Shown in pieces: positions 1 to 8,322 of a stretch of 8,322 nt of DNA. Origin of the DNA: Geosiphon pyriformis uo1 (taxonomy: Eukaryota; Fungi; Glomeromycota). Positions within the stretch are counted from its first letter, which is position 1. Each line of letters begins with the position of its first letter. Made by a program: the position numbers and the translations under genes. The notes under the pieces are model-generated. The model ran no database searches and was not told the origin of the DNA. It was given only the letters and a program-made list of their open reading frames with translations. Location of the stretch: contig JAAOMT010000442.1 in the NCBI GenBank assembly GCA_016748015.1, positions 1 through 8,322 of the forward strand, written 5' to 3'.

Positions 1-455
1 TTAAACTTATTACTTATTTAACAAACCAAAAAAAAAAAGTTTTTTTTGTTTAAGTAATTTTTAATACCTATTTATTATAAACATATTTAAACATTTGATT
101 TTTTTATAATATTTTATTTTATTATTTGTATATTTTATATTTAATACAATTATTAAAATTAATTAAAATTAATTAATATCTATATTATAAATATTTAATA
201 AATAAAATTTGTATTTATTTTTAACTTACTTAATATTTTTAAGCAAATTAATAATTATATTAATAATATTTTTAATTTAGGCTTTTATAAAAATTAAAAT
301 TTTAAAACTTCTTTTTCTTCTATGTTCAAATTTTCTAAAAAGCAATTTTTTCGAAAAAGAAGTTTTTGTTTTTGTTTTTTACTTATATTACTTTCAATAT
401 TTCTCAAGCTAATAATTTTTTTATAGTAAACTTAAAAACTGCTTTAAGTAATAAT

Positions 456-2259
456 ATGTCAAAGAAAAAAACTTTCAAAAATGCTCTTTATAGTCCTGTT
501 GATAATATTTTCTCTTAAAAAAAAAAGGTTTTTGGTCAAATCTGGTATTGATAATAATATATTTTCAGATATGAATAATAAATTTAGTAACAGTAAGATT
601 AATAATACTATAATGGGCTTAAGTAGTGGTTTTTTTTTGGTTCAGCTACAATAACTTTCAAAGCAAAAAAAATTAATATAAATTTGAATAATGGTTTTTT
701 TATTAATATAATTAACTTTAGAATAAATAAAAATAAAGATTCTTTCTTTTTTCTTCTTAATATTTCTCTTGACAAAAAGTGAGTTGATTCTAAAATAGTG
801 AAGATTTAGGTCGAAATAACTATTAAGAAATCTTTTGTATTGAATATTAATCTATTAGCCATAAAAAAAAATTAGTACCAGTAAAAACACAGCTTATTAG
901 AAAATTTTTTTTAGTAATTAATGATTTTAAAGGAGTTATTAACTCTTTAAAATTTGAAAAAATTATTAGATTTATGTTTACATTAAAAAAAAGCATAAAA
1001 AAAACTGTATTATTGACTATAAAAAAAGAAATTATAGTAAATAATAATCTTAAAAGACAAAAAAATTAAGTTAGATTAGGCTGTGGTAATTAAAAAAATT
1101 TCCATGAATATGTTAAAAAAAATAATTGTCACTGTAATAGCTAAGTTTGGTAAAATAGTGTTAATTTAATTACAACTGATTGGATTATAACAGAAAACTG
1201 TGGTGAAATTTACCAAATTAAATCAGATTAAACAATTGGCAGTTAGATAGTTTTTCTTAATTAGGAAAAATTCAGTGTGTATAGCTAAAGCTATAAGAGA
1301 TCACAAAACTTGGATGTCTAGAAATTATTTTAGGGCATTTTTGTTTACTTTACTTGTAGAATCAATAGCTTATAATCTGAATACTTTATTAAAAAAGACT
1401 GGTAGAAAGACTTATATTATTAATTAGTTATTTAAAACTAACAATAAGATTTGTTGTGCTGTAGTTGGCTTTAATACAAAAAATAATCTGGAATCTGTTT
1501 TTTGTACAAAGCTAATTTTTGGTAATATAAAACTTTCTTAGACCAGATTAAATTTGGTTCAATGCAAAAGGTATAAGTGTTTTGGATATTTAGTCTTAGA
1601 ATGTAATGTGTTAAATACAGATGGTTTGTCTTCACTAAAGAATTATAAGAAAATTACTTTAAAGAAAAATTATCTTTAGCTGGCTAGACTATATGCTAAA
1701 AAAAGTGTTCTTATTTTCTATTTTACTGCCTTTGATGGCAAATTTTAAGTGCATATGGTTTTATTTGCTGCTTTTTTTAACAACACTTACTTTGGTTTTG
1801 GTTTTGAATTTTTTTTTTCTGGTATATTATATGTTAAAAAAAGTCTTGTAATTGCTCAAAATAATTTATTTATTAGTGCTTGCTTGGCTTTTTTGGAATA
1901 TTTTTTGGAGTTATTGGCTAATTAAATGTCAGGTATTATGTGAAAGCTAAGTATTATAGATCTGGTGTCTTTAGTGCTTTTGTCTTAATCTCTTCTTTTA
2001 ACTGTGTCTGTTTTTTCAAATTCAAAATTGGATTTAAATATGCTTTTAAATAACTTATCTATATTACTTATCTCTTTTTTTTCAATTGTAAATAATGTGG
2101 TTTTAGATTTGAATTTGAGTTAATCAAAAGTTCTAACTGCCAAGATAAGAGAATTGGAATCTAAAATAACAGCTTTTAAAGTTTTTATTGGTTTAGTCTT
2201 GGTAAGATTAGATTAGTTGTGTATTAGCTTAAATTTTTGGTGTTTTTTTATCTTAATAA
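456..2259 (+). pseudogene. LINE ORF1 (gag-like nucleic-acid-binding protein), disrupted
   Basis: ATG at 456 begins MSKKKTFKNALYSPVDNIFS*. Later segments read KSFVLNINLLA (828), RRM-like AVVIKKISMNMLKKIIVTVIAKFGKI...QKTVVKF (1080-1212), a second RRM-like block (~1330-1555), the knuckle (1563-1604) and a helical end ELESKITAFKVFIGLVLVRLD (2151-2213). Many in-frame stops, plus frameshifts in A runs. Confidence 0.8.
1563..1604 (+). other. Decayed CCHC zinc knuckle of ORF1
   Basis: Reads CKRYKCFGYLVLEC, which has CX2CX4HX4C spacing. The second Cys and the His are both TAT, each one transition from TGT (G>A) or CAT (C>T). Confidence 0.85.
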
Positions 2260-2960
2260 ATAATTTGGTCTGGAAAATTATCATGTGTAATATTCGAAGT
2301 ATTAATGTTCCTGCTAAGTAAGAAAATATTGTTTATTGGCATATGAAATTAGAAAATATGGTTTTAATTATTACAAAAACAAAATTAAGATCTAGTATTA
2401 GGCTGTGGTTTATGAATAAGTTTAATAATATAAGAATTTTTACATTCAGTTTAGACAAAGGTTTTTTTGGTGCTGAAGTAACTATTGTTATAAATAGTTT
2501 TCTGGCTTATTATGTTTTAAAAGAGAAAAAAATTTTTGGTTGAGTTATTTTAGTGTATTTTTTATTTAAAGACAAACTATTAGTTATAATTTTGGATTTG
2601 TATACTGGTGCTTTTGCTGAAACTAAGTTTGGTCAAGCTTTGAAGATCAATTTGCTTATTATTAAAGCAGTTAACTTTAGCACTTTTGTGGTTTTGGATG
2701 AGATTTTAATAAAAATAGTTTAAAAAAAAGTGCAAGTTTCAAGTTTTGTGTAAATTTGGGCTTGGTTAACTCATTTAGTAGACATCTATTGGACAAAACT
2801 CATATTTGAAGCAATTTTAGAGGCATTAAAAAAGTTATAGATTTCATATTTGTGAATTGAAATCTGGTATTTGTGGTTGCTAATCATAAAATTGACACTG
2901 TGTTTAAGTTTTTTAATACTAATTATGAAACAGTTTTCATTGCAATTAGTTTAGGTAGTC
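2256..2960 (+). other. APE-type endonuclease domain (decayed)
   Basis: CNIRSIN matches the NxxG motif. IITKTKL matches the xxxETK motif. (G)DFN is at 2702-2710 after a 1-nt deletion. VIDFIFV (~2833-2853) matches the IDY/F motif. TNY at 2918-2926 is the S/TDH motif with GAT>AAT and CAT>TAT. Confidence 0.88.
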
Positions 2961-3792
2961 TTTTAAATATTTACTTTAATAGTAATTATAAACAAACTAA
3001 TAAAAATAAGTGAAGGTTTAGGATTAAGAATATTAATATTAATAGTGATTATAATTTAAGAAGTGTTTATTGAGCAAATTCTTAAAAAAGATGGTTAAAT
3101 TTAATAATGCAAGAGGTTATGGTAACTTAGATGCTATATAAGAGATTTTAGTAGTTAGCTCTGCTATTAAAATGTTTTTTAAACTTTGGTTTAGTGAGTT
3201 CAAATGTTTAAAAAATAAGCAATTATTGAAGTTTTTCAAGCTAGAATTGTTGGTTGCCAAAATTATAAAGAGTTTGAGTTTAAATCAAGATTTAAAAACT
3301 GATTATTTTTTTAATATCTGGTTTACTATTAATAAAAAAGCAGCTTTTAAAATGTGTATTATAATTGATAATAGTAAAAATTTGGAAAAAATTCTATGTT
3401 ATCTATTAAAAGTTAAGAAAAGTTACCAAAAATCTAAGTACTATAAATTCAAAATTGTCAAAAATAACTTCATTAAAAAAGCTATAGACAAATATATAAA
3501 TAATTTTTGTTTTGATAAAAAAAGAAAAATTAAAAGTGTTTTGGATTGACTATTTTAAAAAGTAGTACTTGACTATTTGATAGTTTATAATAAATTGATT
3601 CTGAAGTTGTATAAAGTTAAGTTTATAACTAACAAGATTATAAAAGAATAGACAAAAAAATATGTAATGTTCAGTGCTTGGTTTAATTATTGGTTCAATT
3701 AATATGCTCTTCTAAATTATGTTAATAATAATGCTTTTACAAAAGTAATAAATGAAATTAAGTTTAATAAGTTTCTTTAAATTGTTAAGGAT

Positions 3793-4780
3793 CTGTCTGA
3801 TAAAAAAGCCACTAATTTTTCAGATATTTTTAATAAGCTCTGGAAACATGGTAATGAGCAGGTGTTGATTGATTTGTTGAATATTTTCAATATTTATTTA
3901 ATATTAAATACAGTTCTCATACAATTGAAACAAGCCTAAGTTTTTATAATATTAAAGTCATATGACTGAAAAGAAATTTTTATTAATATTAAACCAATAG
4001 TTTTAATTAAAACAGTTTAAAAAATCTTATCTAAGATTTTTTCAAATAGAATGTCTTTAGTTTGCAATAAATTTGACATTTTACATGAGGATAACTTTTC
4101 AGTTCTAAAAGACATATCTACTTAAACTTTAATTTTTGCCATTGGTTTAATAATTGAGAATATATTAGAAAAAAACAGAGAACTGTAATTGGTTCTTTAA
4201 GATATATAAAAAACAAATGACTTTGTTAGTTGGTTTTATTTGCAAAACAGTTTAAATAAGATCAAGATGTGTCTTTATTTTATTAAGTTTTTTGGAAATA
4301 TACATAACAATTAAATCAATTAAATAATGATAGATTTTGAACTTATGGATAGATATAATATTCATGATAGTTTGAATCAAAAGAAAGTTTTTTTATTACT
4401 GCTGTAAAAGATTTTTTATGATCTTTTACTCTGTGAGATCAAAAGGCATAAGAATTTGTATGACTACAAGTTGAATTCAAAGTTTTTTACAAGGATTGAC
4501 AAGTAGAATTCTAGGAATAGCAAAACATTTTTTCTGACAGTTAGAATACTTGTGAGTAATACTATTTAGATTAAAAATAACATGTCTGTTACTTAATGTA
4601 TTTTGAATATAGCTAATAAATTTTTTCAAATCAATGATATTTTAATTAACATGGAAAAAACAGTTATCATATTTATTAATCAAAGAATAAAAGCTTCTCA
4701 GTTGTTAATTAGTAAATCAAGCATTTTAATAGCAAAAAAAAGTGAATTTTACAGATACTTGGGCATTTTTTTGTCCACAA
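3793..4780 (+). other. Non-LTR reverse transcriptase domain (decayed)
   Basis: LSDKKATNFSDIFNKLWK (3793, KAxGxxG-type motif); NIKPIVLIKTV*KILSKI (3985, NxRPIxL motif); LVL*DI*KTNDFVSW (4189-4233, DxxKAY/FD motif); SLNQKKVFLLLL*KIFYD (4369, GxxQGxxxSPxL motif); LVSN (4549-4560) at the catalytic Y/FxDD position; INMEKT and YRYLGIFL in track ORF 4603. Confidence 0.93.
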
Positions 4781-5634
4781 ATAGTTTTTTTAAACCTAGT
4801 CTTACCAAAGCTTATTTAAATATTAAGTTTTTTACAAACATAGTTTTAAGGAAAACTGTTTTGAACAAGCAATTTTTATATCTGGTTTTTGTAGTTTTTT
4901 AGTCCATTATTAATTATAAGATGCAATTTAGTTATATTTCACCAAATGTGTGCAAAAAATAGAACAAAATATTAAGAAAAAAACTAAAGCTTAAGGCCAA
5001 TCTACTCAAAGACTTTTTCAATGATGCTATTTATTATTTTGAATTGTATAGTCTCAAGTTATTTGGACAGATACAGACTGAAAATTTGATGGCTAGTTTG
5101 GTTAACTTTGTCAATTTAGAAGGTATTCTTAACAGGTTGTTTAAATACAGAACTATGAATCTATAGACTGTTAGTTGGATGTCTTAGCAACTTTTCAGTT
5201 TTTTGATTACACTATTAATCAATTTTATAAACTGTTTTCTGGCTAGTGTGACTAATACATTAGTGTAATGTGATTTGTCTTTGATTAATAATATACTTAA
5301 TGTTTTTTAAACTGGTTGCAGTGTTGTTGTTACAGATGTTTAGGATATAGAATGCTATTTAAACATAATAAGTTTATTAAGAAAGTTTGATATTGTTTTT
5401 GCAGATCAACTTTTGGACTATTACAGAATATGTTTTACATAGAATATATTTTACAGATAGATAAGGTTGGATCCTAAAGGTTCTGTTTCTAGTTGGTTTA
5501 ATTTATTAATTTTATTTATTAAAAATAACTATTTGGCTAGTGGTGGTACTTTGGCTCAACATTTTATTCTTAGTAGCTGTTTGTACAATTTTGGGTTTGT
5601 TAATAAGTATCTTATGAAGAGTGAGTTTAATACT

Positions 5635-6025
5635 GTAATTATCTATATAAATGGATCAGTTAAAAATTTGAAATCTGTAAATGCTTGTGGTAGTGCTGCT
5701 GCTTACTTTTTGGATGTTAATTTGAGTATTGAAATTCAGATTTATAACTTGCTCTCTTTAATTTTAGTGAGACTACAGACATTGTTTTTGCTTTGAATTG
5801 TATTTTTGTGTTCAGCTTGGTAGTATTGTTTATGGATAATTAAGCATTATTAGATGTATATGCTTTAATAAATAAGTTTGTTAATTCCAATTTTTACAAT
5901 AAGGGCTGAGTTAAAAAGAAACATATTTATTTAATTATTGTATTTAAAAATTTATTAGTTGATTGAAACAAAGTTAAGAATTATTCTAAAGTTGTTGACA
6001 ATAAGCATGCTAACTTTTTTGTCAA
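5635..6025 (+). other. RNase H domain (decayed)
   Basis: IYINGS at 5641-5658 is the YTDGS motif with ACA>ATA and GAT>AAT. LVRLQ sits at the AELxA position. LFMDN* matches xxTDSQ after a frameshift. KVKNYSKVVDNKHAN (~5970-6015) matches VKGHSGxxGNExAD. Confidence 0.88.
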
Positions 6026-6380
6026 TGTTGTTATCATATCTGAGTTTGTATTGTCTGTTAAAATGCCATATTGTTTTTTTGTTATTAAAGATAGGCCTGT
6101 TTCTAAAAACATTTGTTATTTTATAAGATATCTTTTTAAAGCTATTAGTTTTGTTAGTTGGAAATCCAAGTGCATAGATAATATTATAAATATGAATTTT
6201 TGTAAACTGTTTAATATATATCAGATTTTTAATATTTGGGACTCTAATGATAGAATTTGTTTTGGCTTTATTAGTTCTGTCTTTACAGTGCTTTGGTTTT
6301 ATTTTATAAAGATTTTATACTATTGACTATCTGTAACTAAGAGAAAAAGATTGTATAAGTCAAACTATTCTAATGTATTA

Positions 6381-6428
6381 TGTATCTGGTATAGCTTGGT
6401 TGAAAATTCTGACCATATATTTTTGTGT
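6381..6428 (+). other. C-terminal Cys/His zinc finger of ORF2 (decayed)
   Basis: CIWYSLVENSDHIFLC has CX2CX7HX3C spacing, with the second Cys changed TGT>TAT. This motif is typical of LINE ORF2 C-termini. Confidence 0.8.
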
Positions 6429-6931
6429 ATTCAAGACATTTGCACTAAGAAAAATTTAATCTTGACCACTATTAGGGCTTGAACTAATTTGCTAAATGCT
6501 TATGTTACTAACTATATAGTGATTTGATTCTTGCAAAAAGCAAAATTTTCTGGTTATTTATATATAGCATTAGCTAAAAATTTTGTAATAAAAGAATAGA
6601 TGGCTAACATGGTAAGTTTGTTGAATGCTGAGTCTAATAAAAGTTTATTGGTTATTAATTTGGTTTGGGTTTTGTCAAAGATTATAAATCTGTCATATAA
6701 TTACCAACCATCAAATTGAGAGTGCATTATGAAAAATGTGGCCTTTTGCTACATAATAATTTAGTGACTTTAGTCATTTTTGGTTTGGCTTCATTATAGT
6801 TTTTTAAGATAATTCATAACTTTAATATTAGATTGGATATTCATGTTTGTTTCAGTTTGCATCTTAGTCTAACCAATGTATATTTCAGTTTTTTGCAAGA
6901 TTTTTTTATAGTGAATAATTTAGATATATAA

Positions 6932-6974
6932 TGCTATCTTAATTGGTCCAAATAATTGATTATATGTAAAAAAA
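6932..6974 (+). other. Putative short 3' UTR and residual poly(A) tail of the LINE
   Basis: The 36 nt after the inferred ORF2 stop contain AAATAA and are followed by A7 at 6968-6974. A runs are common in this window, so support is modest. Confidence 0.45.
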
Positions 6975-7260
6975 GCATAAGTTACACTTAATATAGGATC
7001 TTATTTGATTGTATAATTTTAAATAGTAGTTGGATTGCACTCATTAAAATATTAATAAAAAATTAATTAATTATATATTATAAAATATATGTTAAACTTT
7101 TTTTTTCTTTTTAATATAAATCTAAAAAACTTTTTTCTTTTTTATATTTCAAATTCCCAAAAAAGAGTAAATATTTTTGAGAAAAGTTTTTTTGTTTTTT
7201 TATATTTTACTATTTAGTTAAATCTTTTTTGTTTAATTATAAAGCTATTAATACTAATAA

Positions 7261-7596
7261 CAGTTTAATTATAAAAAAAGTCAAAAAAAAATCTGGTGCT
7301 GGCTCAATAATTACCAATTTATTTACCAAAAAAAATACAAAGATAGAATTTTAAAGAAAACTGCTGTTATAATCAATTTGAGTACTTTTAAAAATATATT
7401 TTTAACTAATAAAGTAATTGGATTTAATATTAGAAATATGGGACATGCTGCAACAAAACCAGACAAAGTGAACATTCTATTATGTGACATAAATGAGAGG
7501 CTGATTTTATGATATGGCTGTAAAATTGACCAGTATGACTGATGACGTTTTGAAAAGTAATAATGGTTCTCATTCATAACTTATGAACTTGTTAAT
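7261..7596 (+). pseudogene. Decayed coding fragment of unknown identity, probably a second repeat element, truncated by the gap
   Basis: The + frame is stop-free from 7261 to 7509 (QFNYKKSQKKIWCWLNNYQF...IGFNIRNMGHAATKPDKVNILLCDINERLIL). It continues through stops that are one transition from sense codons. CpG depletion is the same as in the LINE. Confidence 0.45.
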
Positions 7597-7616
7597 NNNN
7601 NNNNNNNNNNNNNNNN
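7597..7616. other. Assembly gap or contig separator (20 N)
   Basis: Run of exactly 20 N. Dinucleotide composition changes abruptly across it. Confidence 0.98.
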
Positions 7617-7644
7617 CTTTTTCAAGCGATAAAATCAAGGACAA

Positions 7645-7992
7645 TTAAATCAAAATACCAGCTGCTCATTGAGCGGAAATATTTATCAAGTTTGTGGGAA
7701 GAGCAACACATAGACCCCAAAATCATCCTGTTCAAGTTTTTTTTTCTTCATTGTTTACTAAAAATTTATTTTGGAGAAATCCTTTTTCAAAGTTTCTTCC
7801 GGTAATTCTTAAATCACGAGCCTTTTGCTCTTGAATAGTTTGGACTTCTTTTTGGAGTTCGGCTTCCCGCTCTTGGATTTTTTCTTGGTTTAATTTTTGT
7901 TCTTGGGTCAGGTAATCGTTAATTCGGGTGTTGAGGTCTTCCAAATTAGCTGGTTTATAACTATCCTGAAAACCAGCCAGATGTGTTAGCAA
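7645..7992 (-). CDS. Hypothetical coiled-coil protein with hydrophobic C-terminus, probably genetic code 4 (TGA=Trp)
   Basis: The track ORF (86 aa, Q/E/K-rich) ends at TGA. Reading TGA as Trp adds WTGWFWGLCVALPTNLINISAQWAAGILI up to TAA at 7645-7647, giving 115 aa. The TTG start is uncertain and the gene may be partial or decayed. Confidence 0.55.
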
Positions 7993-8322
7993 CCGTTTAC
8001 AAATCGCGCGAAAGAAATAGCATTATTGCTTTTATTCTAAAAGGCCTTCACCAACAAAAATTCTCGAGAAAAACTATCAAAGCGCTTAAAAATTGGGTAG
8101 ATACATACTTTGTATAAGAGAGTAATAAAGAGAATAGATTGTTATTGTAACTATTTTTTGCAATTCAAATTCAGTTATCCATTATCATACGACTCGTTAC
8201 AATACACACGTAAAAAACAATTGCTACACTTCCAAAAACAGAATTGCATTACGTAGTAGGAGCAGAATACAATACAACAATTAAACCATTTGTTAATTGT
8301 TCCATAACGTGATATGCAAAAA

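Larger units (their letters stand above)
2256..6931 (+). pseudogene. LINE ORF2 polyprotein (APE endonuclease, reverse transcriptase, RNase H, zinc finger), disrupted
   Basis: Begins (I/M)NNLVWKIIMCNIRSIN at 2256, with ATA probably from ATG. Probable end is ...IVNNLDI* at 6929-6931. Track ORFs 2343, 3172, 4603, 5467 and 6051 are surviving pieces. One frame is kept from ~3172 to ~5780, broken only by stops. Confidence 0.92.
361..6974 (+). mobile_element. Degenerate, near full-length non-LTR (LINE-type) retrotransposon with ORF1 and APE-RT-RNase H-ZnF ORF2
   Basis: Hand translation through the stops gives collinear LINE domains: gag-like ORF1 with knuckle, APE, RT, RNase H, C-terminal CX2CX7HX3C finger, short 3' UTR and A7 run (6968-6974). 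No integrase or protease motifs were seen. The 5' boundary is approximate and no clear target-site duplication was found. Confidence 0.93.

Noticed and set aside
10-57. A11-G-T8 fold-back with TTACTT/AAGTAA flanks as a terminator or terminal inverted repeat
   Set aside because: Mostly homopolymer pairing in extremely AT-rich DNA, with no associated gene or matching partner end.
60-300. AT-rich short repeats (e.g. ATTAAAATTA twice near 153-172) as an array or origin
   Set aside because: Low complexity with no regular repeat-spacer periodicity. Best explained as heavily mutated flank.
3793-4780. Bacterial RT system (group II intron, retron, DGR, CRISPR-RT) or LTR retrotransposon
   Set aside because: The APE-RT-RNase H-ZnF order with a gag-like ORF1, and no integrase or protease, is diagnostic of a eukaryotic non-LTR element.
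2343-6326. Five + strand track ORFs as independent functional genes
   Set aside because: They are inter-stop fragments of one LINE ORF2 with mutated catalytic motifs.
456-6931. Alternative genetic code (TAA/TAG read-through) rescuing the LINE ORFs
   Set aside because: Stops fall at positions expected to be Trp, Gln or Arg, all three stop types occur, catalytic Asp/His/Cys residues are lost and there are frameshifts. This is decay, not recoding.
6968-7000. Target-site duplication after the A7 tail
   Set aside because: Only AAAAAGCA matches upstream (337-344), which is too short and low in complexity to call.
7323-7577. Minus-strand 84-aa ORF as a real membrane protein
   Set aside because: Its F/L/I-rich tail is what the antisense of A-rich DNA produces. 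The + frame looks more protein-like. Not fully excluded.

Overview
The window has two compositionally different parts separated by a 20-N gap (7597-7616). Left part (1-7596): very AT-rich and almost free of CpG. It is mostly one nearly full-length but dead non-LTR (LINE-type) retrotransposon on the + strand (~361-6974). ORF1 is gag-like (RRM-like domains, CCHC knuckle). ORF2 runs APE endonuclease, reverse transcriptase, RNase H, C-terminal zinc finger, then a short 3' UTR and an A7 tail. All five + strand ORFs in the supplied track are fragments of ORF2. Nearly every lesion in a conserved motif is a C>T or G>A transition, often outside CpG, which looks like RIP-like or methylation-driven silencing. 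The decayed proteins resemble, from memory and not from a search, LINE families of Glomeromycota fungi (Geosiphon/arbuscular mycorrhizal). A second decayed coding remnant follows at ~7261-7596. Right part (7617-8322): CpG content is normal, and a minus-strand ORF reads through three TGA codons into a hydrophobic tail. This suggests genetic code 4 and possibly a Mycoplasma-related endobacterium of the fungus. I found no CRISPR array, rRNA or tRNA.
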